DNA from: a virus
Taxonomy: Duplodnaviria; Caudoviricetes
Virus record (IMG/VR): IMGVR_UViG_3300021475_000012
Location: 1 to 62,037 of that record
Reading direction: 5' to 3' (one strand)
Length of the DNA stretch: 62,037 nucleotides
A program made the translations under genes and the position numbers. Below the pieces are notes generated by a model that was not told the DNA's origin, did not search any database, and worked only from the letters and a program-made list of their open reading frames with translations. Shown in pieces: positions 27,447 through 37,105 of this stretch. Each line of letters opens with the position of its first letter. The first letter of the stretch is position 1.

Positions 27447-27475
27447 TTGACAAACTTATTCCCATGAAATAGCGT
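27447..27475 (+). promoter_or_regulatory. Sigma70-type promoter TTGACA-N17-TAGCGT (leaderless for 27483)
   Basis: Consensus -35, 17-nt spacer, ATG 7 nt after the -10. Confidence 0.65.
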
Positions 27476-27482
27476 TACTGCC

Positions 27483-27887
27483 ATGAAGCAACTGCGCAAC
27501 GACTACCGCTGGGGCAACCTCCGGCTGATCAGCGGGTATCAGACTCCCAGTTACGCCGAAGGGCCGAAGGGGCGCTATGTGGCCGATACCCACGGCGGGC
27601 CGTACATGTGGCGGCTCCGCTGCGACTGCGGCTACGAGTGGGAGATCCCGGAGAACGAGTTCCCCGGCAGGAGGGCCCTCCGCAGCTGTGGGCGCAAGGA
27701 ATGCACCGTGACCGCCAAGCCCCCGCGCAAGGTCCGGGTGGTGAAGACCACCCTCTCCCTTTCTCTCGCGGTAGATACCATCAACGGCATCCGCCAATAC
27801 CAGACGGCTAAGAACCTGAGCCTCTCCAGTGCCGCCAACATCCTGCTCGACAAGGGACTGGCCAGCGTCCTGATCGAGGACGACTGA
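27483..27887 (+). CDS. CDCG Zn module fused to ribbon-helix-helix; putative regulator
   Basis: WRLRCDCG...RSCG; TLSLSL...LSLSSAANILLDKGL. Confidence 0.6.
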   Translation: MKQLRNDYRWGNLRLISGYQTPSYAEGPKGRYVADTHGGPYMWRLRCDCGYEWEIPENEFPGRRALRSCGRKECTVTAKPPRKVRVVKTTLSLSLAVDTINGIRQYQTAKNLSLSSAANILLDKGLASVLIEDD

Positions 27888-28040
27888 GCGCCCCTGGCGG
27901 CGAATCCCTGATGATAATGCCGCTTGTCATCAAGACCCAAAGTTAGGTGCTTTGTTTCACAGTTTATAATTGTTCTTGCCTCCATCACGATAACTCTGAT
28001 ATCCTTCCGGGCAAATCCAACTCCCCAGGCTGGACCGGCT

Positions 28041-28406
28041 ATGCGTACTGTTCCTTTACCGGATCGCCCCTGGGGGCAGATGGAAGTCGCACCTGGAAGG
28101 TTTGCGCCCCAACGGACCAACGGGAAGCGCCTTGCAGGTTGGGAGGACCTGAACGTGACGCTCTTAGCGAACGAGATCGGAGTTTCCTTCCGGTACCTGC
28201 TAGGCGTCCTGCAAGGGCAGAGAAACTGCACCTTGGCTCTCCTCCAGCGAACCGCCCAGGCGCTAGGCGTCAGCCTTGTCGAGCTTATTACCCGGATCGA
28301 GCGTGCCTACCATCTGCGGGCCGCAGCCGTTCCCAAGAGTAAGAGCGAGATCCGGCGGCACCAAAGTGAGCGCAGGGCTTTGCAGTGGAACCGGCGCAGC
28401 ACGTAA
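28041..28406 (+). CDS. Cro/C1-type HTH regulator
   Basis: LLANEIGVSFRYLLGVLQGQRNCTLALLQRTAQALGVS. Confidence 0.75.
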   Translation: MRTVPLPDRPWGQMEVAPGRFAPQRTNGKRLAGWEDLNVTLLANEIGVSFRYLLGVLQGQRNCTLALLQRTAQALGVSLVELITRIERAYHLRAAAVPKSKSEIRRHQSERRALQWNRRST

Positions 28407-28412
28407 CCCGCT

Positions 28413-29423
28413 ATGCCAGAAAGCCAGCTATGCACGATGTTAAAACGATCTCGCGAGGATGAGCACGATCCAGACAAGCTGTACTTACTCCCCAATGAGT
28501 TCCGCATCGATAAGTTATGCAACGTAAGACCCTTCACCAGTCAACTCTCCGAAAGCGAGGATGAGGCGCTGATCAACCTCGCCCGCAGCATCGAGGAGAT
28601 CGGGCAAGTCGATGACGTGGTCATCACTGAAGGCCACATCATCATCAGCGGCCATCGGCGCGTCAAGGCATTCATCATCATCAACGAGAGGCGCAGCAAG
28701 AATTGCCGCCCCTTACTGCGTGTGCGGTGCCGCATCGACCGTGATCCCGGCGATCTCCGGCGCAAGGCCATCCAGGCTAACTTACAGCGCGATAACCTCA
28801 CCTTGATGGACCAGCTGTACATCATTCTCGACATGCGGCGGAAGCACCCGGAATGGCGCAACGTGGAGCCCATAGCCGATTACCTGGGGATCAGCGTGAG
28901 CAGCGTGCTGAATATCCTGAAGCTCAACAGCGCCTCGCTTCCCCTGCAGCATCAGATCCACGATGGCACCATCAGTTACTCCACCGCGCTTACCGTCATC
29001 CAGGAGACCGAAGACCCCAACCTGCAAGCCGAAATCATCAACAAGGCCAGGACCGCGCAGCTGGAGACCAACACCGAAAAGACCATCGCCCAGGCCGATG
29101 CCAAGAAGATCAGCAGGCGCAAAGCCATGCGCAAGCTGATCCACATGAAAGACGGGCTGAAGATAGAATCTCCGGCGGTCAAGCAGGTAATCCGCGAGAT
29201 GCATCTGGCGGATCGCAATGGTGACTTACAGCCTAAGACTTCGCCGCATACCAAGCGGGAGCGGGCGGAACTCCTGGAGGATCTCGCCACCCTGATCAAG
29301 AGCACCCTCCACCCGCCCCATAAGCACTTCCTCGATCACTTTGTCAATATTCATGCGGCTGGCGGCGGCACGGTGGAGGAGCTTCGCAAGCTCTGGCTGG
29401 TGGCCATCGGGCTTGTGAGCTAG
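28413..29423 (+). CDS. ParB/Srx-domain protein with HTH
   Basis: NVR, LARSIEEIG, IISGHRRVKA, ANLQRDNLT, IADYLGISVSSV. Confidence 0.85.
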   Translation: MPESQLCTMLKRSREDEHDPDKLYLLPNEFRIDKLCNVRPFTSQLSESEDEALINLARSIEEIGQVDDVVITEGHIIISGHRRVKAFIIINERRSKNCRPLLRVRCRIDRDPGDLRRKAIQANLQRDNLTLMDQLYIILDMRRKHPEWRNVEPIADYLGISVSSVLNILKLNSASLPLQHQIHDGTISYSTALTVIQETEDPNLQAEIINKARTAQLETNTEKTIAQADAKKISRRKAMRKLIHMKDGLKIESPAVKQVIREMHLADRNGDLQPKTSPHTKRERAELLEDLATLIKSTLHPPHKHFLDHFVNIHAAGGGTVEELRKLWLVAIGLVS

Positions 29424-29457
29424 TCATACCGGCAGGGGCGGTCATACACTGGTGAGC

Positions 29458-30654
29458 ATGCCAAAACCCCGCTGTATGATTACTCCTCTGCCGGTAAGTC
29501 CCATCGAGAATCTTATCGTGCAATACCGCAACGTCATGCATCTCCCTGATCCTGGACCGCTGTATGTGCTGATGGGGGCCGTGGCCGGTAACATGATCGA
29601 AGGCGCTCCCTGCTGGCTGATGATGGTGGGCGCTCCCTCCTGCGGCAAGAGCGAACTGTTGAACTCGCTTTTGGCCGTGCCCCACATGGTGGAAGCCGCC
29701 GATATCTCCGGCGAAGCCGCTTTCCTTTCCGGCTGCGCAGCCAAGGACATCTCCAAGAACGCAACCGGAGGTCTGCTCTGCGAGATCGGGGATGCCGGGG
29801 GCCTGATCATCAATGACCTCACCAGCATCTTGTCGAAACACGATGAAAAGATCAGCGCCATCATGGCCGTCTTCCGCGAGACTTACGGCGGCAGATGGAC
29901 GCGGCACCTGGGCAGTGAAGGGGGCCGCACCCTGAACTGGACCGGCAGGCTGGCGGTCTTCGCCGGTTGCACCAACGTGGTTGACCAGCGGCATGAAACC
30001 GCTTCCGGCATGGGCGAGAGGTGGATCTTCTACCGCTTCGAACAGCGCGAGGGGGACGAGCAGTGGGCCAGCGTGGATCTGTCGGTGACCGCTTCCCGCC
30101 CGCCCCGCTGGCGCGAGACGCTGAACGCAATCGCAGCCCAGTTCTTTCAAGACCTCAACCTGAGCTTCCGCCAGCAACTGCCCCGCCGCATGCTCACCAA
30201 CCTGGAGCGCATCCGCATCCACCGGTTGAGCGTAGTGGCGGCGCGGTGCCGGTCCAGCGTGCCCAGGGACCGCTACTCGAAAGAGATCATCGCCACCCCC
30301 GAAGCGGAGATGGCCGTGCGCCTCGCCACCGCTCTCGCGCAGCTGTACCTGGGGATGGACGCCATCGGCGTATCCAAGGCCCGCGCCTGGAAGCTGCTCA
30401 CCAAAGTCGCCATGGACTCGATGCCGAAATTGCGCTACGTCCTGATCCAGGCCATTGCCGCGCAGCCGCATTCGCTAGAGGAGTTGCAGGCGCGGCTGGG
30501 CTGCAACCTGAATGTCGTCAAACGCACCGCCGAAGACCTGGAGTTCCACGGCGTGATCCGCCAGGAGAACGGCAAGGTCAGGCTCACCGACTGGATGCAG
30601 GACAAATACCGCAAGCTGATGGCCACGGCGGCTCCCGTCAGCGCCATGTATTGA
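29458..30654 (+). CDS. AAA+ ATPase (MCM-like) with C-terminal wHTH; putative replication protein
   Basis: GAPSCGKS Walker A, LIINDL Walker B variant, GGLL, ERW Arg finger. Confidence 0.7.
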   Translation: MPKPRCMITPLPVSPIENLIVQYRNVMHLPDPGPLYVLMGAVAGNMIEGAPCWLMMVGAPSCGKSELLNSLLAVPHMVEAADISGEAAFLSGCAAKDISKNATGGLLCEIGDAGGLIINDLTSILSKHDEKISAIMAVFRETYGGRWTRHLGSEGGRTLNWTGRLAVFAGCTNVVDQRHETASGMGERWIFYRFEQREGDEQWASVDLSVTASRPPRWRETLNAIAAQFFQDLNLSFRQQLPRRMLTNLERIRIHRLSVVAARCRSSVPRDRYSKEIIATPEAEMAVRLATALAQLYLGMDAIGVSKARAWKLLTKVAMDSMPKLRYVLIQAIAAQPHSLEELQARLGCNLNVVKRTAEDLEFHGVIRQENGKVRLTDWMQDKYRKLMATAAPVSAMY

Positions 30655-30992
30655 CATGAAACCGGGGCCGGTCATGCTGCTCTGTCCTCAATGCCAGCGC
30701 TACTTCCAGGTGCCGGTGGGCGAGGACGAGGACGGCTATTTCTGGCCCTCCCTTCCTCCGCACGAGCCCTGCAGCCAAAAACATGGTTTAGAGTCTAACT
30801 GCGATTCCAGCGAATAAGCCCAACCGGTGGGCGCTCCCCGCGCCGCCCCACAAGCGGCGGGGGTCCGCTCCCCCGAAAGCCTGGCCCTAATTCAGACTCC
30901 GCGGTCTGAATCGGCCGGCACCGGACCAAGTCAACTTACCCCACTTACTCTATGTGCCAAATCATCCGCATAAGTCGACTTATGCAGAACGG

Positions 30993-31021
30993 TTGAATTT
31001 CAACTAGCACGGGCGTACACT
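30993..31021 (+). promoter_or_regulatory. Sigma70-type promoter TTGAAT-N17-TACACT
   Basis: -35 lies inside palindrome GTTGAATTTCAAC. Confidence 0.55.
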
Positions 31022-31070
31022 GGCCTTTCGCGAGTTATTCTGATTTCCAGAAAGAAGAGAGGACAAAGTT

Positions 31071-31925
31071 ATGCCGAAAGCACAAGGCTTGATGAACCCG
31101 GAGAATGCTTCCAAGGGTGGCGGGGTATTCAAAGAGGGGATAGCAAGAATCGATGCCAATTACTACACGGTCCACCAGGGCAAGCCAGGAGAGGGTGAGT
31201 CTCCGGTGCCTGCCACTAAGTGGCTATGGGAAGTAAGCCGTCTCCAGGAGAACGGCGAGGACCCGATGGTGGACGAGCACGATGAGCCAGTGAAGGAAGA
31301 GTTAGTCTTTTCCTTTGGCGGTAAGTGCCTGCCCTTTGTCCACCCCGGCAAAGCCGATGGGCCCGATGATGAAGAGCCCGAAGACCTGGGGACGACGCTA
31401 GGCGTCAAAGGCAACACGATCTACCTGAACGCTGCGGACTGGAAGCCCAACGAGCGGAGCGGCCTGATGACTCTCACCAAGAGCATGCAGAGCCTGGGCA
31501 TCAAGCCCGAATTCCTCAACCGCTGCTGGGCCCCGGACTGGAACGGCTGCGTGTTCGAGATGAAGAGCCTGCCCTCTACCGGCGCGGACGGCAAGACCTT
31601 CAACTACAAGATCGTCTCGCGCATCCTGGTGGGCCCCGGCGGCAAGAGCAAGAGTAAGAGCACCAACGGCAAGGCCAACGAAGTGGAGACCTATCTCGCG
31701 CCTATCCTGCACGCCATCAGCCAGGAGTTGGACGGCACCCAGGTGACGCGCAAGGTCTTCCTGAATCGCGTGCGCGGGGCGCTCGACGCCGGTCACGTCG
31801 ATAGCAAGCTCCTGGTGCCGATGCTCAGCTTGTGCAAGGACGATAAGTGGCTCCTGGAGCACGGGCAGACCTTCGACTTCATCCTCGACCCCGGCCAGAA
31901 CACCATCACGTTCGGCACGGTCTAA
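31071..31925 (+). CDS. Hypothetical protein, possible ssDNA-binding protein
   Basis: Beta-rich N-terminal half; heads the recombination operon. Confidence 0.5.
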   Translation: MPKAQGLMNPENASKGGGVFKEGIARIDANYYTVHQGKPGEGESPVPATKWLWEVSRLQENGEDPMVDEHDEPVKEELVFSFGGKCLPFVHPGKADGPDDEEPEDLGTTLGVKGNTIYLNAADWKPNERSGLMTLTKSMQSLGIKPEFLNRCWAPDWNGCVFEMKSLPSTGADGKTFNYKIVSRILVGPGGKSKSKSTNGKANEVETYLAPILHAISQELDGTQVTRKVFLNRVRGALDAGHVDSKLLVPMLSLCKDDKWLLEHGQTFDFILDPGQNTITFGTV

Positions 31926-32060
31926 GTTCGCCGCCGGGGGTTTTGCGTCCATTTCCCCCCAGTGCGAAGCGGGGATCGCAGGTTTAGTGGCCCTTTGCCT
32001 GCGGTCCCTTTCCCTCTACTAAGTCCCAGGAGAAGTAGTGTGCCCGTGCTCATAATCGGA

Positions 32061-32567
32061 ATGGAATACGTGCTCGACAAGGAAGACCAGGATCTTGCAA
32101 TTCACATCGCCAAGATCAGAGTCTCAGCCGCGAAAATGCATGGCCATACATTCCGCCCGTTCAATGACGATACCCCCATGGAAGTCAACGTCGAAGGGGC
32201 TGCGGGCGAGATCGCCTTTTGCCGCTTGGTGGGAATGGAGCCCGATACCAGCACTCCCGAAGCAAACCGTTCTTCCATGCAGGGCAGAGACAAGAAAGAT
32301 CTGATCTATCACGGCAACCGAATCGACATCAAGACCACCTGGGCCTATCACTTATGCGACAAGCCGGTCCCGGTTGAGTATCTTCCCGATTACTACGTGA
32401 TGATGCGCGGCTATTGGCCGCAATACCAATTCATGGGAGCGATCAGCGGACTCGACTTCAAGAAGAAGTGTCACCGGATGAAACAGTTCCGCAATGAAAT
32501 GTACGGCGTGGGGATGGAAGAGTTATCCGCTGAGATCCTTTGCAAAGCAGGTTGCGTGCATGCCTAG
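32061..32567 (+). CDS. Restriction-endonuclease-fold (PD-(D/E)XK) protein
   Basis: GAAGEIAF, D...IDIKT. Confidence 0.55.
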   Translation: MEYVLDKEDQDLAIHIAKIRVSAAKMHGHTFRPFNDDTPMEVNVEGAAGEIAFCRLVGMEPDTSTPEANRSSMQGRDKKDLIYHGNRIDIKTTWAYHLCDKPVPVEYLPDYYVMMRGYWPQYQFMGAISGLDFKKKCHRMKQFRNEMYGVGMEELSAEILCKAGCVHA

Positions 32568-33171
32568 ACTCCTGGAGCAACGCGAGATCCACCTAGAGTT
32601 CTCCGACATCGACCGCATGCTGGAGAAGCGGCGGATCGGCGGCATGAAGCGCTCTAGCGGGATCCACCTGAGCGGGATCATCAAGCATGTTCTAACGGCG
32701 GCGGGCCAGCTTACCGGCGAGGACCTGGGCGACATGATGCCCCTGCGCATGGCCGTTGGCATGGCCTGGGAGATGTTCTGCGTACAGCTGTGGCCGGAGT
32801 TGGATTGGCAACCCGGAGAGGTCACCAGGGACAACGTGATCGGCTCCCCGGACGGCGTGAGCGGCGATGTCCTGGAAGAGATCAAGGCCACCTGGATGTC
32901 GCGTCTGGAGAAGACCGAAACCAAGGGAGTGATCCCCCCGCCGCGCAACATTATCGAGATCAAGCGGTGGATGCTGCAGCTGGCCGGTTACCTGTACATG
33001 ATGGGGCTGAATAAGGCCAGGATGCATGTGCTCTGGGTGAATGGGGACTACCGCAACAGCGGGCCCCAGTATTTCACTTACCTGTTGGAGTTCAGCCAGC
33101 AGGAATTGGAGCGGATCTGGAACAACTTAGTTCTCCCGAATAGGGCCGGAGCGAAGGCAGAGGAGCACTAA
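32560..33171 (+). CDS. PD-(D/E)XK exonuclease (RecB/lambda-exo/Cas4-like)
   Basis: GMAWE, GSPDG, EIKAT, QLAGY. Confidence 0.8.
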   Translation: MPRLLEQREIHLEFSDIDRMLEKRRIGGMKRSSGIHLSGIIKHVLTAAGQLTGEDLGDMMPLRMAVGMAWEMFCVQLWPELDWQPGEVTRDNVIGSPDGVSGDVLEEIKATWMSRLEKTETKGVIPPPRNIIEIKRWMLQLAGYLYMMGLNKARMHVLWVNGDYRNSGPQYFTYLLEFSQQELERIWNNLVLPNRAGAKAEEH

Positions 33172-33462
33172 ATGGAAGTAACACCAGAGATGGCTGAATT
33201 AGCACAACGCAGTATTGCGTTGGCATTTCTGGAAACACGGCATTCGGACAATTTGATGGACCGTGTACAGCAAACGGCGGAATACCTTCTTGCCTCGCGA
33301 GATGTTATGGAACTGATATCAAAGTGTCTTGCGGATACAACAGCCTCTGACGCCAGTCGAATCCTACAGTGTATGGCGATTGCATTTATAGCTGGCGGAT
33401 CATGGGGAGTCCAAATGCAGAAATTAGCGGGAAAGGCAACTAATGAAACAAATCACCATTGA
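33172..33462 (+). CDS. Hypothetical protein
   Basis: ORF track; more AT-rich than neighbours. Confidence 0.6.
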   Translation: MEVTPEMAELAQRSIALAFLETRHSDNLMDRVQQTAEYLLASRDVMELISKCLADTTASDASRILQCMAIAFIAGGSWGVQMQKLAGKATNETNHH

Positions 33463-34294
33463 AGGTTTCAGTTTTAACTCGACTCCTGAGAACCGCCCCG
33501 CGATCTGCGTCTTTGGCGAGGAGAATGTTGGTAAGAGCCGCTTCGGCTGTACCGCGCCCCACGAGGACGGCCTGATCGGCTGGCTGGCGCTCGACAAGAA
33601 CTCCAAGGGAGCCGTGGACGAGTACAAGCGGGTTCACAAGGCGAACCACATCATGGTCAACGCCAAGCCGCTGATGACCAATTCCGAAGCGATCAAAGTG
33701 GCCATGGAGGACGATCCCAAAAAGACCAAGGTCACTTACAAGGAGATCCTCAATCGGGTCTTCGAACTGGGCATGGCCATCGCGGACCACAAGGATGTGG
33801 AGAGCGTGGTGGTCGATGACGGGAGCCAGCTGTTCGACTGGATTCTGTTCAGTCACTTCGGACGCCGCAACCAGATCGAGAGCTTCATGCGCGGGGCTCC
33901 CAACAACGACTTCATCGAGTTTGTGAATGCCATGGGCAGTAAGAACTTGGTCATGATCTGCCGGGGCACCGATGTCTGGGCCGATACCGGCGAGGTGGAC
34001 GACAAGGGCAAGAAAAAGCAGGCCCCCACCGGCAAAATGAAACCGGAGGGTTTCGGCAAGATCGGTAAGTTCATGACTGCCGTATTGGAGTTGACCGCAG
34101 CCAGGAAGAAGCCCGCTACCGATGCAAATGGGGAAGTGGATGTAAAGAAGGCTTTAGCGGCGAAGTACCGCTGCAAGGTAGTTACCTGCAAGGGAGACAC
34201 GCTGCTAGAGGGCCAGGACCTGGAGCCCTTCGGAGTCTGCGGCGAAGCCATCAACTGGGAGAACGTGATGGAAGTTATCAAGGCAAAGGAGTAG
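33443..34294 (+). CDS. AAA_24 / Sak4-like ATPase
   Basis: FGEENVGKS, VVVDDGSQL; next to the exonuclease. Confidence 0.75.
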   Translation: MKQITIEGFSFNSTPENRPAICVFGEENVGKSRFGCTAPHEDGLIGWLALDKNSKGAVDEYKRVHKANHIMVNAKPLMTNSEAIKVAMEDDPKKTKVTYKEILNRVFELGMAIADHKDVESVVVDDGSQLFDWILFSHFGRRNQIESFMRGAPNNDFIEFVNAMGSKNLVMICRGTDVWADTGEVDDKGKKKQAPTGKMKPEGFGKIGKFMTAVLELTAARKKPATDANGEVDVKKALAAKYRCKVVTCKGDTLLEGQDLEPFGVCGEAINWENVMEVIKAKE

Positions 34295-34795
34295 CTATGG
34301 CTATATTCATGGTGGAAGCGAGACGCACTTACGAATGGGGCGGCTACTACGAAGCCGATACCCCGGAAGAAGCCAAGGAAGTGGCCGGGATCGACATGCA
34401 GTTCGACGTCATCGTGGACGAGCAGATGATCGCCCTGGTGGTGGAGGACGAGAGCTAAATGGAAAACCAGGACCAATTGCTCGTGGACGTTGAAGAACCG
34501 CACCAGGACCCAATCACCATTCCCTTGTCCCAGGCGATCAACGAATACATGCTCGACGCCGAAGACGTGAACAACCTGATGGAGGGCTGGATCGTCTGGT
34601 TCAAAGACATCGCACTTACGCTGCACAAGGAGGAATGATATGGACAACGAAATCGACTATCAGCCGTTGCTTACTGAGTTGAGCGGCTTCCTGGCGCGGA
34701 TTGCCGCTGCGCTCGAAACCCTGGCTTCAGCCGTTGAAAAGCTTCCAGACGGCACCTGGGTAATCAATGTGTACGATGAAAACGGCGGCTGAAAC

Positions 34796-35569
34796 ATGAT
34801 CGCCATCGACACCAGGACCGGCAGTAAGGAACTGGCACCGCTTTTCCGCCCCTATGGGATTCCCATAGAAGTACGCAAGCTCGATTTTGGGGACCTTGCG
34901 TTCGAGGGCAACGGCCCCAGGGGAAGGTGCATGATTGCCGTCGAGCGCAAGACCATCACTGAGTTGGTGCAGAGTATCGAGAGCCGCCGGTTGAGCGGCC
35001 ACCAACTGCCGGGGATGGCCGATGCGTACGACTACTGCTATCTGGTGATCGAGGGGATGTGGCGTCCGGGAACCCAGGGGGAATTGATCGTAGGCCACGG
35101 CACGCTCGACCATGGCCGCACTTTCGGGGGCACCTGGAGCCCCGGCTACGGCCAGGGGATCGGCTACCGCGCCGTGGACAACTACCTCGCCACCATGGAA
35201 CTGCATGCCGGGGTAATCTTCCGCAGGACGTTGACGCCAATCGAAACGGTGGCGATTACGGTGGACCTTTTCCACTGGTGGAATGACAAGCCCTGGGAGA
35301 AACACAGCGCCCACCTGGGGGTCTATGCGCCCGCCGTGGCGCTCACCGGCAGGAGCAGGCTGAATCTGGTGCGCCGGGAGATCCCGCTGCGCGAGAAGTG
35401 GGCCATGCAGATCGACGGCATCGACATGGTGATCGCGGAGCGGGCGGCGGCGCGGTTCGAGAGCGCCTGGGCTCTGGCGGCGGGGACCGCAGCCGATTGG
35501 CAGGAGATCCGGGGCATCGGCAGGCCCACCGCGCAACGGATTGTGAGGGATATCAATGCTTCGCTATAG
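34796..35569 (+). CDS. ERCC4/XPF-family nuclease with HhH
   Basis: IDTR, GD, VERKT, LVIEG, IRGIGRPTA. Confidence 0.85.
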   Translation: MIAIDTRTGSKELAPLFRPYGIPIEVRKLDFGDLAFEGNGPRGRCMIAVERKTITELVQSIESRRLSGHQLPGMADAYDYCYLVIEGMWRPGTQGELIVGHGTLDHGRTFGGTWSPGYGQGIGYRAVDNYLATMELHAGVIFRRTLTPIETVAITVDLFHWWNDKPWEKHSAHLGVYAPAVALTGRSRLNLVRREIPLREKWAMQIDGIDMVIAERAAARFESAWALAAGTAADWQEIRGIGRPTAQRIVRDINASL

Positions 35570-35810
35570 GGTTCTGTTGATCGATACGGAAAGCAACTAC
35601 CGGCGTCCCATCCAGGCGTACTTCAACAGCATGGAACAGGTGGACGACTGGACCAGCAAGCTCTTGAAGGCCACTCCGGGGAAGGACGCCTGGGTGGAGA
35701 TCTACGAGTCGGTGGAGAGGGAAATCGGGCGCGTCAACAAGAAAGACTTGCCCCTGAAGAGCCGGAAGGAAGTGGAAGGCAGTGACCCGCTCCCAACACA
35801 GGGTGTATAA
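35556..35810 (+). CDS. Hypothetical protein
   Basis: ORF track. Confidence 0.6.
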   Translation: MLRYRVLLIDTESNYRRPIQAYFNSMEQVDDWTSKLLKATPGKDAWVEIYESVEREIGRVNKKDLPLKSRKEVEGSDPLPTQGV

Positions 35811-36087
35811 CCGGCTGCGCAAGAAGCAGGTAAACCATGTGATCGACGTGGTGGAAGTTACGGAACGCTATGCCGTGTTCCATGTACCCTTTCCTGGGCT
35901 GTACCTGACTTACGACACGGTGGGGAACCTGCTGCACACCGAAACCGAAGCGGAGCGCAAGGCCGGGAGCAGGCCGCTGTTCAAGCCGGGGCAACAGCCG
36001 GTGTTTACCGGCGAGATGGGAAGCGATACGCGGGGGCTGAATGAGAGAGAGCCCGCACCTGATTTGGATGATGATGTTCCTTTCTAG
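35782..36087 (+). CDS. Hypothetical protein with SSB-like acidic tail DDDVPF
   Basis: C-terminal LDDDVPF. Confidence 0.55.
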   Translation: MTRSQHRVYNRLRKKQVNHVIDVVEVTERYAVFHVPFPGLYLTYDTVGNLLHTETEAERKAGSRPLFKPGQQPVFTGEMGSDTRGLNEREPAPDLDDDVPF

Positions 36088-36239
36088 GAGGAAAGAGATG
36101 AAGAGTTACGATCCCAAATGTTATGAACTGGCTGAGTATTTCCTGGCCAACGCGCCGGATAACGGAGTGCCGCGCATTGAAGCCCTGGCCGGGATCATTC
36201 AGCAGGCCATCGAGGACTTCCTCGCGCTGGAAAACTAAG

Positions 36240-36734
36240 GTGGCTGAAGATACCAATCGCTGGGGGGAAGCGGAGCGCCGCCGCCGCAGCTTCGCGGCGT
36301 GGCTATGGAGGGTATGGGAATGGGCCGAAGAGAACAGCGGCAACGTCCTGGCCGGGAAGATCGCGGAACTCATGGCGCATGCCGATGAACCGGACTACCC
36401 GATGTGGGAAGAGGCCAAGCGGATCGGCATCCTGAGGGAAAGCATGTTGAAGGAAGGCAAGCTGGCGAAAGAGGTCCGCGACGACTGCGGGATTCCGGTG
36501 GACGGGCCTAAGCCCGATGGGTGGGAGCGCCAGATCAACTTCTCCCCGGCGATCAACCTGGACCTCGACACCTGGGAGTTCCTCTACCGCTCGTTGGGAT
36601 GGGCCAACCGCAACGTCGATCCCAAACTGCCGGGGAGGAACTTCTATCTGTGGAGTCCCGCTGGCAACCTCGTCTACTTCATGGTGCGGCCACCGGTACG
36701 GATGGAAGCGGAGCCGGAGCCGGAAACGGAGTAA
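36240..36734 (+). CDS. Hypothetical protein
   Basis: ORF track, start adjusted. Confidence 0.6.
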   Translation: MAEDTNRWGEAERRRRSFAAWLWRVWEWAEENSGNVLAGKIAELMAHADEPDYPMWEEAKRIGILRESMLKEGKLAKEVRDDCGIPVDGPKPDGWERQINFSPAINLDLDTWEFLYRSLGWANRNVDPKLPGRNFYLWSPAGNLVYFMVRPPVRMEAEPEPETE

Positions 36735-36736
36735 CT

Positions 36737-37105
36737 ATGGCGGAAGACAAAGAGCGGCTGGAGTTCAAGAAACTGCCCAGCGTAAGCGATCTGGAGACGC
36801 AGCTGCGTAAGCGCGTCATCGAGACCCTGGAAGCGCTCGACCAGATCGTCATCGAGAAGAACAAGCTGGCCATTCAGGAAGACGAGATGAAGGATGAACT
36901 GGAGCGGCTGCAGAAGGAATCCGGCAAGACCGGCTTCCGCCACGGGTGGCTGTGCTTTACCGCGCAGGCCGTCGCGGGCCGCAAGACGCTCGACACCATG
37001 ATGCTGATGGAAGCGGGCGTACCGGCGGCGACGATTCAGTCCTGCTACAAGGTGGGCAGGCCCACCACACGAGTTACATTTAAACACCTGGACGAGGAAG
37101 TATGA
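36737..37105 (+). CDS. Coiled-coil hypothetical protein
   Basis: ORF track, start adjusted. Confidence 0.65.
   Translation: MAEDKERLEFKKLPSVSDLETQLRKRVIETLEALDQIVIEKNKLAIQEDEMKDELERLQKESGKTGFRHGWLCFTAQAVAGRKTLDTMMLMEAGVPAATIQSCYKVGRPTTRVTFKHLDEEV

Noticed and set aside
32560-33171. Cas4 as evidence of a CRISPR system
   Set aside because: Lacks the Fe-S cysteines and sits in a recombination operon; an ordinary phage exonuclease
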